A program made the position numbers and the translations under genes. A stretch of 41,697 nucleotides of DNA. It comes from Chrysochromulina tobinii (Eukaryota). The notes below the pieces were generated by a model, which was not told where the DNA came from, searched no databases, and was given only the letters and a program-made list of their open reading frames with translations. The stretch covers positions 1 to 41,697 of the forward strand of contig JWZX01002978.1 of assembly GCA_001275005.1 (NCBI GenBank), given 5' to 3'. This document shows, in pieces, positions 11,701 to 21,605 of the stretch (the stretch's first letter is position 1; each line of letters begins with the position of its first letter).

Positions 11701-14700
11701 TGCCGCAACTCAAAAAACAACCAGGCGCAAGTGGCACGAGCGGGCGGCATTGCCAAACTCGTGGGCGTGCTTCAGGGCTTCTCAGTCAATGCACTCAAGG
11801 AGTCGACAGTGCTGCAGCTGATGACGCTTGCGGCGTCGGCAATCAAGGAGATGGCCAGGGACAACCGCATGAACCAGGACGCGATCACCGAGGCGGGCGC
11901 CATCGGGCCTCTAGTCTCCATGCTCATTGCGCCATCGCCGGTGATGCAGGCAAATGCGGCGGGCGCGCTCGCCAACCTCGCGCGCAACCATCCCGACAAC
12001 CAGGGCGCGATCACGAAAACGGGCGCGGTGGCGCCGCTCTGTGTGCTCATGAAGGAGGGCAGCGACGATACGAAGGATGAGTCTGCGTTTGCCATCTGGT
12101 CACTAGCGACGAATCACCAGGGCAACAAGGACACGATTGCCAAGCTTGGCGGCATCGACCCTCTCCTCTCGCTGCTTGTGACTGGCTGGACGGAGCGCTC
12201 TGTGGAGTGCGTGGCGGGCGCACTCACTGCGCTCGCCGCCAAGCACGCCGAGAACCGCGGTGTGATCGCCAAGCGGCTCGTGGGTCTGCTCGGCTCCTCG
12301 GCCGTCCGCACGCCCGATCGCGCCGAGCGTGTTCTGCGCACATGTGCGGGCTTTCTGAGCGACTCGTCGGCGAACCAGGTGACCTTTGCGAAGCTGGGCG
12401 GCATCCCGCCGCTCATCGCATGGCAGGCGAAGGATGCAGTCGTCGCTGCCGGTGCCGAGCAGGCGAAAATGGCCAAGCGAGTGCAAGCACAGGCGGCGCG
12501 CTCGATGCTCTGCCTTGCTGCCGACAATGCGACGACCCAAGCGCTCATCGCCAAGTCCGATGGCATCCCGCCGCTCATCGGACTCGTAAAGAAGAGCTCC
12601 GCCGAAGCGCAGCAGCACGCGGCGTGTGCGCTCTGGCACCTGGCGTCGCTCGCCGAGAACCGCGCGGCAATCGTCGAGGCGCAAGGCATCAAACCACTCA
12701 TCTCGATGCTCACCGCCGACGAGGAGCTTGACGAGGGGCGCGAGGCGCGTCACCCGAATGAGCTCTCGGCCCTTTTGCTTGTGCGTCTCGGACGGTCGAA
12801 CTCCGAGGTTTCGGCCGAGATTGCGGAGAAGGGCGGCGTGCTGCCCCTCGTCAAGCTGCTCTCTAAGGGCACACCAGGCGCGGAGCAGATGGCGGCGGCT
12901 TTACTCGCAGAGTTGGCTTTGGTCTCGCGCAACCGCGACAAGATTGCCAACGCGGGGTGCATCGAGTCGGCCACTAAGTTGCTCAGTTCGACTACTGTCG
13001 GCACGCCTGAAGTGGCGGCGCGCCTGCTCGCGCACCTGGCATACAAGGATGGACCGAGTGACCCGACTGCTGACCTCTCGCCCCGTGGCCCGGGTGAGAT
13101 GCGCTTTGAGGCAGAGCGACGCGCGAAGATGCACATCACAGGTGCCATCAAGAAGCTGATCGCGATGCTCAATAACACGCATCTGACTGGTTTCTCCGTG
13201 CAGGACATGATCACTCTCGAGCCGGTGCACGGGCTCAAGGAGAAGGAAGACCCAACCCTCAAGGTCGGCTTGAAGGAGCAGGCAGCGATCACGCTCGCCG
13301 AGATTGCGCACGACAACCACGACATGCAGGATGCGATTATCCACGCGGACGCGGTGGCGCCGCTTCTCACGTGCATCCGCACGGGCTCGCAGCTCGGGCA
13401 AGAGCACGCGGCGCGTGCGATCTGGCACTTAGCTGCACTGACGGAGGGGCAGGGCGAGCTCGTTGCCAAGGGAGCCATCCCTGAGCTCGTGCAGCTGCTC
13501 AAGACGGGCTCGCCGCGTGCGCAGGAGATGGCAGCGGCAGGTCTGATGGACCTCTCGCAGGGTGCCGTCGAGCTGCGCATGAAGCGACAACAGGAGACGG
13601 GCTACATGCCCGTGCTCAAGCCGCCGCCAGTGCTCATTGGTCCCGACGGCGTGCGTGTCGTGCCGCCCGTTGCACAGGCGGTCTCAAGCATTGCGACGGG
13701 CGACGACCCTCCGGATACAGATGGCGCCGTGCTGGCCGCCGCGCCGGTGCCGCCCGCGCCGACAGGGGTACTCGACGAGCCCGAGTGTGCCGAGCGACGC
13801 GATGCGCGTGCAAGGGGGCCTCACTCGGAGGACCGGCGCGGCGCCGGCGACTCGTCCGATCGTCTCGTGCTCATTGCAGACGCTGGTGGCGTTCTGCCAC
13901 TGTTAAACCAGCTCACGAACGGCACGATGCAGGCGCGTGAGAATGCGGCAGGCGCGCTATGGCATCTTGCGCTCGAGGTGTCCAACCAGAACTTGATCGC
14001 TAAGTGCAACGGCATCTCGCCCCTCGTCAACATTCTCGACGACGGCACCGAGCAGGCGCACAAACATGCTGAGAATGCGCTCGCGCGACTCGCGTTCCAG
14101 AATATCGACAATCAAATCTCGATTGCCAAGTACTGCGTCGCGCTGCTCGGCAACCAGAACACGGGCGCGCAGCGGCGCGGCGCACGCGTGCTGCGCGACC
14201 TAGCAGCGGCCAATCCGGGCTCGCCCGTGCTTATTGTGAATGCGGGCGCCATCTCGCCGCTTGTGAACCTGCTCACAACCGGCGTTTCAGAGGTGAAGGA
14301 GGAGGCGGCGGGTGCTCTCTCGACGCTCGCCTTCAACTCGCCCTCGACGCAGCTCGCGATCGCGTCCGGCTTGGTGAACCTTGTAGGCAGTGGCTCGGCG
14401 GAGGCACAGGAGCAGGTGACGCAGCTGCTGCTGCGCCTCGCACATGACCAGGCCAACTGTGTTGCCATCGCGAAAGCTGGGGCGATCCAACGGCTCGTCA
14501 TCCAGTTGAAAGGCGGAGGTCGTACCTCGATCAAAGCTCAGGAGCTCGCTGCAGCAGTGCTCTCGCACCTCTCCACACTTGAGGAGGAGTGCAAGGCCAT
14601 CACCGCCGCAAACGGCATCCGACCCCTCGTGGTCATGCTCACGTCCGGTACGCCAGTGGCGCAAACGCATGCGGCGGCAGTGCTCTCGGACATCGCGCGC

Positions 14701-17700
14701 CTCTCCGTCCGTAATCAGCGCCAGATCATCTCAGAGAACGGGATCGCGCCCCTCGTCAATCTCCTCTCCAAGGAGAATAGGCCCAAGGCCAAGGCCGAGG
14801 CGGCAGGTGCGCTGCTGTACCTGTCAGCCGGCCAGCCCGCAACCCAGAAGGCGATCGCCGATGCAGGCGGCCTGCGGGCGCTCGTGGCGCTGCTCAACGA
14901 GGAGGATGATCTCTGCCTCAAAAAGGCCGCAGGCGGGCTCGCAGCCCTCTGCCAAGGCTCGATGGAGAACCAGGACGCCGTGGAGAAGAATAAAGGCATC
15001 AGTAAGCTCGTTGGGCTGCTCAAGCCGCCGTACACGGCAGAGGTGAGCGCCGCAGCGGCGGCGGCGCTCGCGGTACTCGCCGAGGGCAACTCCAAGAACC
15101 AGGACAAGGTGGCGGCCGCGGGGGGCATCGAGCCGCTCGTTTATCTCCTCGAGGACCACCCCGGAGAAAACCGAAGCGGAATCGGCACATCGGGTGAGCA
15201 AGGGTACGGTCGAGCGTCGACACCTGGGGTCGATGGGTACGAGCTTGCGAAGCAGGAGGCTTGCGGTGCGTTGTGGTCGCTCTCGTCCGGGCACAATCTC
15301 AACCAGATCGCCATCGCTGAGGCGGGCGGCATTTCGAAGCTCGTAGTGGTGCTTGGGCAGGGAAGCCTGCGCGCTCAGGACCAGGCCGCTGGCGCACTCG
15401 CGGCGCTCGCGCTCGACAATATGAAGAATGAGTTCTCGATTGCGGAGATGATGGTGGCATTGCTCGGCTCAGAGGATCCCAAAGCATGTGCCAAGGCCGC
15501 GCGCGCCATCTCGCGGCTCGCCCGCACGCATGTGTCCAACCAGCGAGCGATTGCGAACGCAGGTGGCATTGCTCTCCTTGTGCGGTTGCTCGAGGCGAAC
15601 AGCAAAGACAAGTCCTCATTTGGAGAGGGTGCTGCCGAGACTGCCGAGGCCGATGCAAATCGGGCTGTGTGCCGCGAGATGGCGAGTGCCATATGGTCCA
15701 TGGCCGCCAAGAATGAGGCCAACCAGATCGCGATCTCCAAAGCGGGCGGCATGCCGCCGCTCATCAGGCTGCTTCTCGTGGGTCACCCTGATGTGCACCG
15801 GGACGTGGCGGGCGCGCTCGGGGCCCTCGCCTCCAATGATGACCTTCGGAAGGCCATCGCTGACGCGGGCGGCATTGCCCCGCTCGTCGAGCTGCTCAGG
15901 CCACCCCCTAATGGATACCCACCCCAAGATGCCGAGTCCAAAAGAGAGGACTCGGTTTCGACAGAGTTGGCACAGGTGCTAGGGGCGCAGGAGGCGGCCG
16001 CTGGTGCGCTCTCGGCCCTTGCCGTCCTCGCCGACAACAGGGTTGCCGTTGCCCAGGCGGGCGGCATTCCGCTACTCGTCGCTCTGCTCGACGGCGCGAC
16101 CGACGAGGCCAAGGAGGAGGCAGCGAACGCGCTGCAGACGCTCGTGCTTCAGAATGCGTCGAACCAGCTCGCGATCGTCAACGAGGCGGTCGCCATGCTG
16201 AAGACGGGCTCCCCCATGGGGCAAGAGCACGTGACCAAGCTCCTGCGCAACCTCGCGCAGGACCCCGAGAACCGGTCGGCGATCGCAAAAGCAGGCGCGG
16301 TGCCTGAGCTCGTGCGCCAGCTCGAGTGTGGCTCCGAGCGCGCGATGGGCATGGCCGCGAGCGGACTGGCGCTCATCGCGCTCAAATCGGACAAGGACCG
16401 AGCTACGGTGACCAACGAGCTCGTCAAGCTGCTCTCATCGAGCAAAGAGGCTGTACGCCAGCGTGCGGCCGAGGCGCTTACCGACATGGCTGCAGGTGAA
16501 GGCTCGCACACGAAGCACCGCCAAGGCAATCAGAATGCCAACGGCGTACCACTGGTAAACCTGCTCAAGGACGGGCTCAAGGACGGACGCGTGGAGGCGC
16601 AGGAGTACGCGCTGCGCTCGCTGCTGGCCATCTCGGACAACTCAGCCAAAGAGGCCATCGTCGAGGCAGGTTGCATCGTGCCACTCATCGAGACCCTCCG
16701 GCAGGGAAAGCTCTCGGCCGTCGCGCAGGAGCACGCAGCCGCCGTCGTCTCTGGCCTCGCGCCACTCGGCCGCAACGCCCTCGCCATCCACCGCGCCGGT
16801 GGCATCGACCCTCTCGTGCTGCTCCTCTCGACCGGTACCGCGGAGGCGAAAGCCCATGCCGCAGCGTCTCTTGCACAGCTCGCACGCCGCGCGAGCGCCG
16901 CGTCGCAGATTGCGCAGGCGGGCGCCGTGTCGGCATTCGTCCGCTGGCTGGCTGACCCGAGCCTTGGCCCATCGGAGGTTGCCGCGCGAGCGCTCGCTGA
17001 GATTGCGCTCGACAACCCGGACACGCAGACTCAGATCGCCGAGGAGGGTGCCATCTCCCCTTTGGTCGACATGGTCGGCGCGTGGAAGGTAACCGCTGCG
17101 GCCTCCGAGCTCGCCGCTGCGGCCGTGCCAGCGCCGGGCGCCGCCGCCGTCGCCGCCGTCGCCGTCGCCGTCGTCGTTGGCGCGATTACCCCGGTCGATA
17201 CGATCGAGCAGGAAGCGGTGGCCAAAGCAAAGCAGGCTGATGAGGCGCAGGCGGCGAATGCTAAGATGCGTGCGGCGAAGAAGGCGCTTGCCGCAGCGCT
17301 CAGAGTGGCCACCGTGGCTGCGAGTGCGCTGGCAACGCTGGCCAAGAACAACGTGAGCAACCAGATCCGTATCACGGAGGAGAACGGCATCGGGCCGCTC
17401 GTCGAGCTACTTAAAACTCCCTCAGAGACGTATGAGCACTCGACCAAGGCACTCTGGCACCTGGCGGCGAATGAGGAGAACCAGACGGCGATCGCCAAGG
17501 CGGGCGGCATAGCGCCTCTCGTGCAGCTCCTAAGCAGTGAGAGCGCAGTGACGGCACAGTACGCGGCCGCGGCACTGCAGTCTCTCGCGCGCGAGCACGC
17601 CGAGAACCAGATCGCGATCGCCAAGGCGGGTGCCATCGCGCCGCTCGTCAACCTGCTGGCCTCCGAGTCTGTGGAGACGCAGGAAAATGCGGTCGCCGCG

Positions 17701-18984
17701 CTGCTCCACCTGGCTTCACAAGACGTGGCCTCACGCAACACGGCCGTCAAGCAGCTTGTGGCGGTGCTCTCGCAGCGCAGCGCAACCGCGCAGATGAAGG
17801 CCGCCGAGGCACTCGCCGTGCTCGCTGCGCGTTCAGAGGAGAACCGCAAGGCAATTACCGCCGCTAACGCCATCGAGCCGCTTGTGGTGCTGCTCGGCGA
17901 CGGGCGGCGCGTGAAGGTGAACACGCCGCAAGAGCGCGCGGCGGCAGTACTTGCCGACCTCGCGCGCACAGGTGACAACAAGAGCTCTATTGTGAAGGTG
18001 GGTGGCGTGGGTCCGCTCGTCGCGATGCTCTCGTCCGACTCTCGCGACGCCCAGACGCATGCTGCCTGCGCCATTTGGCAGCTCGCGGCACTCGGCACGA
18101 ACAAGACGATAATCGTCGACACGGGCGCCATCCCGCCGCTCGTTGCGCTTCTGGCCATCGGGATGACCGAACTCGATCAGAAGATGCTCCCGCAGCGGTA
18201 CGCCGCGGGCGCGCTCTGGCATCTTGCCTCGTCCGCCGACAACAAGACGCAGATCGCCAATGCGGGCGCCATCCCGTTGCTCGTCGAGATCTTGTACTCG
18301 AAATTCTCCGAGTGTCGCGAGCATGCGGCCGGCGTCCTCTCGGCGCTCGCACGCACGCAGGGCGGGAACAAGAAGGCGATCTTCCAAGCGCGCGGCATCC
18401 CCCCCATCGTCAAGCTGCTCTCTGACTCGCGTCTGATCACGCGTAAGTACGCGGCGAGCGCTCTTTGGGGTCTATCAGACGGGAAGGATGGTGTGTACGA
18501 CAAGTACATTGCCGAGGCGGGTGCCATCCCGCCGCTCATTGCGATGCTGCAGGAGAACGAGGAGGAGACTCGAGGGTTTGCAGTCGCTGCTTTGCTCTGC
18601 ATCTGCCGCGACAAGACGGCACATCCAGCCATCCTCGAGGCGGGTGGCGCAGAACTGCTGCAAGCCCTCTCTTATGGGCCGGCGACGCGGTTACGCGAGC
18701 AGGTCGTTGAGATGCTCACGCTACTTGACGTTGAGGTGCCCAATGAGGACTCCGCCCCGGTGCCTCTGCCCGTCTCGATCGTCAAGGGCCCAGACGGCGA
18801 GATGGTGCCTGCGGCCTTGCCCGGAGCCACGGGCCGTACCGCCGGGCGCACCGGGCGCCTCTCGCTGGCGGCGGGCGCCCAGGCAACATCCCGCGCCCAG
18901 GAAACGTCGCGAACGGCGCGCATGCGGTTCCACTTCTTTAGCTTCCAGATCGCCAACACCACCGGGTACTCCGGGTTTACATGA
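8764..18984 (+). CDS. Giant armadillo-repeat protein (Vac8/PUB-ARM-like) with an internal EF-hand pair, 3406 aa, single exon
   Basis: Dozens of ARM consensus units (IAxAGAIxPLVxLL...AAxALxxLA...N). EF loops DEDSNGIIDRFE and DEDGSGSLDYRE at ~10800-10950. Uninterrupted 10.2-kb ORF. Confidence 0.93.
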   Translation: MPKSADLVSETKQLAKKNSGKSARKKVTRKDIKSAESLPELINKLVKRIKEGDAEIKEFSAAALKEIAGMDHGSHAAELSRAGAIEPLVRLLSCGAANTQCSAASALAGIAVMKAEYQKQIVAAGGGPALVALLKTGSAKVQEEAAAALATLRVDVSFQSEILRAGAIPALVGLLSNGSAIAQAAAAQATANAAAYSAHAQREIAKAGAIPLLLTLLGSGKAQKPAAVALGNLAANNREIQDIVAGLGGVAPLLALLNGMDVESQVEAAAALAEMARDNPETQSAIAKSGGIGPLLAMLGSRVAAAQSRGMACLAQLARNNKENQDSIARMDGLTPLCRLLDAGEDAAEVLWCAACAIMEITRNNLENQRFVVDLGGISYLAGLIKLSSNTRVKAEVAGAFWALSEDAAIKCTIAENATIFPLVQLLAVDDARATEHAACAILSLGLDNKKNQIQIAQMLIELLTNGSEATQDRATKALWGLVNQNPSAHDAIAKAGDPAALVELLKRDYADVKDYALWSLSLAISRENQMTVAESGGISPLIACLGDMRPKIQKQAAAAIAKLARNNDDTRSQIAKLGGVKPIIKLLQPSAAWQEWAKKQVKLEAAVKLEAANLEAVSRQADKIEEGKLTEAELGPRVNEPDADGSGKLATNDYIRFSLHEALRRSSVNLINMFQRWDEDSNGIIDRFEFRRSVRALGFDAIDFPDSAIDAVFDEFDEDGSGSLDYRELAQQMAKVEKGGMEMGAIGSAAAARSRGATIEPVPVHEDATDALANLAADAAARDEITNTSGITNIVALLQTLGSNTKKFAAIALAALSKDHEVTQSAIAKAGAIGPLVSLLDGNEGPEAQEAAAGAILALADHEANRHMITESGGIGFLVMLLGCTNPKSREHAEGALVRLSIENANRVQIIKKLVHMLQDPGAGGQEQAAAALANLARESENNRQSIVDANGITPLLEILDASSAKAKENAVDTIKELCRNSKNNQAQVARAGGIAKLVGVLQGFSVNALKESTVLQLMTLAASAIKEMARDNRMNQDAITEAGAIGPLVSMLIAPSPVMQANAAGALANLARNHPDNQGAITKTGAVAPLCVLMKEGSDDTKDESAFAIWSLATNHQGNKDTIAKLGGIDPLLSLLVTGWTERSVECVAGALTALAAKHAENRGVIAKRLVGLLGSSAVRTPDRAERVLRTCAGFLSDSSANQVTFAKLGGIPPLIAWQAKDAVVAAGAEQAKMAKRVQAQAARSMLCLAADNATTQALIAKSDGIPPLIGLVKKSSAEAQQHAACALWHLASLAENRAAIVEAQGIKPLISMLTADEELDEGREARHPNELSALLLVRLGRSNSEVSAEIAEKGGVLPLVKLLSKGTPGAEQMAAALLAELALVSRNRDKIANAGCIESATKLLSSTTVGTPEVAARLLAHLAYKDGPSDPTADLSPRGPGEMRFEAERRAKMHITGAIKKLIAMLNNTHLTGFSVQDMITLEPVHGLKEKEDPTLKVGLKEQAAITLAEIAHDNHDMQDAIIHADAVAPLLTCIRTGSQLGQEHAARAIWHLAALTEGQGELVAKGAIPELVQLLKTGSPRAQEMAAAGLMDLSQGAVELRMKRQQETGYMPVLKPPPVLIGPDGVRVVPPVAQAVSSIATGDDPPDTDGAVLAAAPVPPAPTGVLDEPECAERRDARARGPHSEDRRGAGDSSDRLVLIADAGGVLPLLNQLTNGTMQARENAAGALWHLALEVSNQNLIAKCNGISPLVNILDDGTEQAHKHAENALARLAFQNIDNQISIAKYCVALLGNQNTGAQRRGARVLRDLAAANPGSPVLIVNAGAISPLVNLLTTGVSEVKEEAAGALSTLAFNSPSTQLAIASGLVNLVGSGSAEAQEQVTQLLLRLAHDQANCVAIAKAGAIQRLVIQLKGGGRTSIKAQELAAAVLSHLSTLEEECKAITAANGIRPLVVMLTSGTPVAQTHAAAVLSDIARLSVRNQRQIISENGIAPLVNLLSKENRPKAKAEAAGALLYLSAGQPATQKAIADAGGLRALVALLNEEDDLCLKKAAGGLAALCQGSMENQDAVEKNKGISKLVGLLKPPYTAEVSAAAAAALAVLAEGNSKNQDKVAAAGGIEPLVYLLEDHPGENRSGIGTSGEQGYGRASTPGVDGYELAKQEACGALWSLSSGHNLNQIAIAEAGGISKLVVVLGQGSLRAQDQAAGALAALALDNMKNEFSIAEMMVALLGSEDPKACAKAARAISRLARTHVSNQRAIANAGGIALLVRLLEANSKDKSSFGEGAAETAEADANRAVCREMASAIWSMAAKNEANQIAISKAGGMPPLIRLLLVGHPDVHRDVAGALGALASNDDLRKAIADAGGIAPLVELLRPPPNGYPPQDAESKREDSVSTELAQVLGAQEAAAGALSALAVLADNRVAVAQAGGIPLLVALLDGATDEAKEEAANALQTLVLQNASNQLAIVNEAVAMLKTGSPMGQEHVTKLLRNLAQDPENRSAIAKAGAVPELVRQLECGSERAMGMAASGLALIALKSDKDRATVTNELVKLLSSSKEAVRQRAAEALTDMAAGEGSHTKHRQGNQNANGVPLVNLLKDGLKDGRVEAQEYALRSLLAISDNSAKEAIVEAGCIVPLIETLRQGKLSAVAQEHAAAVVSGLAPLGRNALAIHRAGGIDPLVLLLSTGTAEAKAHAAASLAQLARRASAASQIAQAGAVSAFVRWLADPSLGPSEVAARALAEIALDNPDTQTQIAEEGAISPLVDMVGAWKVTAAASELAAAAVPAPGAAAVAAVAVAVVVGAITPVDTIEQEAVAKAKQADEAQAANAKMRAAKKALAAALRVATVAASALATLAKNNVSNQIRITEENGIGPLVELLKTPSETYEHSTKALWHLAANEENQTAIAKAGGIAPLVQLLSSESAVTAQYAAAALQSLAREHAENQIAIAKAGAIAPLVNLLASESVETQENAVAALLHLASQDVASRNTAVKQLVAVLSQRSATAQMKAAEALAVLAARSEENRKAITAANAIEPLVVLLGDGRRVKVNTPQERAAAVLADLARTGDNKSSIVKVGGVGPLVAMLSSDSRDAQTHAACAIWQLAALGTNKTIIVDTGAIPPLVALLAIGMTELDQKMLPQRYAAGALWHLASSADNKTQIANAGAIPLLVEILYSKFSECREHAAGVLSALARTQGGNKKAIFQARGIPPIVKLLSDSRLITRKYAASALWGLSDGKDGVYDKYIAEAGAIPPLIAMLQENEEETRGFAVAALLCICRDKTAHPAILEAGGAELLQALSYGPATRLREQVVEMLTLLDVEVPNEDSAPVPLPVSIVKGPDGEMVPAALPGATGRTAGRTGRLSLAAGAQATSRAQETSRTARMRFHFFSFQIANTTGYSGFT

Positions 18985-19459
18985 GACTTGAAGAGCGACA
19001 AATCCGATCTCCAGAACACCAGATCACGATGCTGCTTTGTGATAGATTGAGTCATACACGACGCATGCTCCACTCCGTACTCGCATGATGTTATCGCGTT
19101 ATCAAAACTTGTCAAAATGTGAGGTACGCCCGGCGCGCAGCCCTTAGCTGTCCGCTGTCGTCTAGCTTGCCGCATACAACGATACAAAACTTTCGAGACG
19201 AACCAGGCCGGCCCGACTCTACAGCTACGAGCTAGCCGGGTCGGGTCCGTTGGAATTCTCGGCTACCTCTGACCGAACGCTGACCGAACTGACCGAATGC
19301 CGTTCTGCAGCGTCTGGCCTCCCTGTGCACTAAAGTAGGAATTCTAATTCCTACAGGCGGCAGGTCGGGTCTCGTCTGCGCTGGGCCGCGGTCACCGGTC
19401 TCAGTGGAAGCAGAATGCGACACTTCTGTGAGCCCCGATTGGATTGGATCGCGCGTCTT

Positions 19460-19807
19460 TCACGAGCCGCTCATCTGCTTGAGAGCCTCGAGCTGCAACT
19501 TGCTCAGGCGCGAGCGCCACGGCCTGGGACCGCGGAAGTCAGTGCGCTCCACCGCAGACTGGCTCAGCTGACACGACGAGATCAAGGTCAGCTGCCCGGC
19601 AGTCCAAACTGGTTGACGCTCGAGCCTTGACGGCGGCGGCTCGGCCTCCCCGGGCGACGGCACCTGTGAGGGAGGCGTTTGCATTGGCAGAGGCGCCATC
19701 GCTGTGCTAGAGGTCGGGCCGGTGCGCGACGCAAGCGGCGGCGTGACCTTCGCCGGCGGCGTGACCGTCGACGGCGGCGTGGCCAGCGCTGGCAGCGCCG
19801 GCGGCGG

Positions 19808-19847
<40 letters not shown>

Positions 19848-21219
19848 AACTGCAGCGAAGCGGGAGCGACACTTGCTTTGAGCGCACGAATCGTGCGCGC
19901 TGCCGTGGGCACTCGCAGCAGCACGCCGCAGGCGATCTGAAGCGCGAGGTCACCATGCAGCACGTACCTGAGGCCATCAGTGGTGATCAGAGGCCATCAC
20001 GAACAGCCCCGAGGCACTCTCAAACACTCAGTGGCACTCGGAGGAACGCGCACTTGCGCCAGAGAGCCTCGGGCTCCCACACGGGGAAGTGGAGCACCGC
20101 CGACGCCTCGTGCACGTGGTGGCGCATCCCCCCATTCCGCACATCATTCGTCCAACCACGCAGCTGCATCCGCTGCGCGTCCCACTTGCCGCACCTCAAG
20201 CGCGGCAGGCACAGGTGAACGTTCACAGGTACCCAATTGCCGTCGGTGTCGACCCGGCACGCGCACTTGCCATTCTCGTAGTACAGGAACAGCTTGCCTG
20301 CGTGGCTGCGAGCTCGCCACTGCTCGAGGGCGCGTGCAGCTTCGGGCACCGCGCGCCAGTCGACCCTCGCCTCGCACTGCTTGAACACCTCGAGCGACAC
20401 GAACGGGTCGCTCGTGCCATCTCTCGTGCCCACGACGGCGTCGGTTCGAGCAGCGGCGTTTCCGAGCAGCGGCATTTCCGCGGTGGCAGCGCGAGGCTCG
20501 TCGACGTGCGTGGGCACGCCCTCGTAGTTGTGATACAAGAAGCACTCACAGCCAGCGGCGGCGAGCGCTCCAAAGTGAGCCACCACGGCGCCTGGCTCAC
20601 AACGCGGCTCCTCGGCCTCGGATCTGGCCGACCTCGCGCCGTGTTGGACGTCATTGCGCGGCAGGAAGAGCTCGTCCGAGTCAAGGTGCAACAGCCACGT
20701 GAGCCCATCTGCACGCGCGAGCTCCATTGCGAGCTGCGCGTTCAGGAGCTGCCGCACCTGCACATCGCGATCAGCGTTCATCCCCATCGATGACCAGCTC
20801 GGCTGGCGCGCCCACGCAGCGCGGAGCGCCTCGCTCCCGCGCAGCAGCGCGACGACCGCCCGTTCGCCCCATGGCTCGGCGGCCGCCTTGGCAGCCTCGA
20901 TGGATGTGGTCTCCGTGCTGTCGTCAAAGAAAATGTACAGTCGCGAGAAGCCGAGCCAGAGGTGCCATCGCACCCACGAGTCGATGCGCCCGCGAACGTC
21001 CTTCATCGTGGAGCACACGGCTGCGCGGCCGTTTGGATCGGCCGGCACCGGAAGATGGCCTGAGAATGTGGTTCCGCCCGGAGAGGCTGGCCACGACATT
21101 CGCACGGGGCTGCTGCCGTCCAGCGAGACCGCAGGCATTCCGAATGCCTGCGGTCCTGGCAACTGCGACAGCGGTAGCTGCGGGTGCCGCTGCTCCGAGT
21201 CAAAGATTGCTTCGAACAT
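19460..21219 (-). CDS. KOBITO1/ELD1-like GT-A glycosyltransferase-like protein (Glyco_tranf_2_4-like) with Pro-rich tail (exons 21219-20054, 19967-19460)
   Basis: Motifs SWVRWHLWLGFSRLYIFFDD, RQLLNAQLAMELARADGLTWLLHLDSDELF (DxD) and FLYYENGKCACRV. Intron 20053-19968 (GTGCGC...CCTCAG) gives LWRKYVLHGD in frame. Confidence 0.8.
19800..19848 (+). repeat. (GGC)n microsatellite encoding poly-Pro on the minus strand
   Basis: Run of ggc triplets within the glycosyltransferase C-terminal exon. Confidence 0.9.
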
Positions 21220-21605
21220 GCGGGACGAGAGCGTCGCGCGCCGCCGCCGCTCCGCTCAGGTGACTCTCAGTGCCATTCACACGAGTCTGTCTACGGGCGC
21301 AGTTTTGTGACGGGTTGCATGCACCCGGACTGACTGTCAGTCCGTTACTTGTAATTCGCGGCCACACCCGCGCGCTCACCAAACTCCCCCCGAGCCCCGT
21401 CTCAAAAGGACGGCTCGTACTCAGTACAGTACTAGTTCTTGTGGCGTGCACACGACAGAACAAGTCACAATACCATGCACAGCCCTGCGCAGTTTACACT
21501 GTGGCGGTCGGTGCGACGGTACTGTGACAGCCGTAGCTACCACGTGTGTACTCACTGTACAGCTGTGCACGGTAACGTATAGTATGCTCACGACAAGCAG
21601 GCACC

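Noticed and set aside
8764..18984. Many long antisense and alternate-frame ORFs over the ARM gene (and over eIF2beta, NEK and the AP2 gene)
   Set aside because: Expected shadows of high GC3 codon usage. The translations are low-complexity Ala/Ser/Arg-rich with no motifs.
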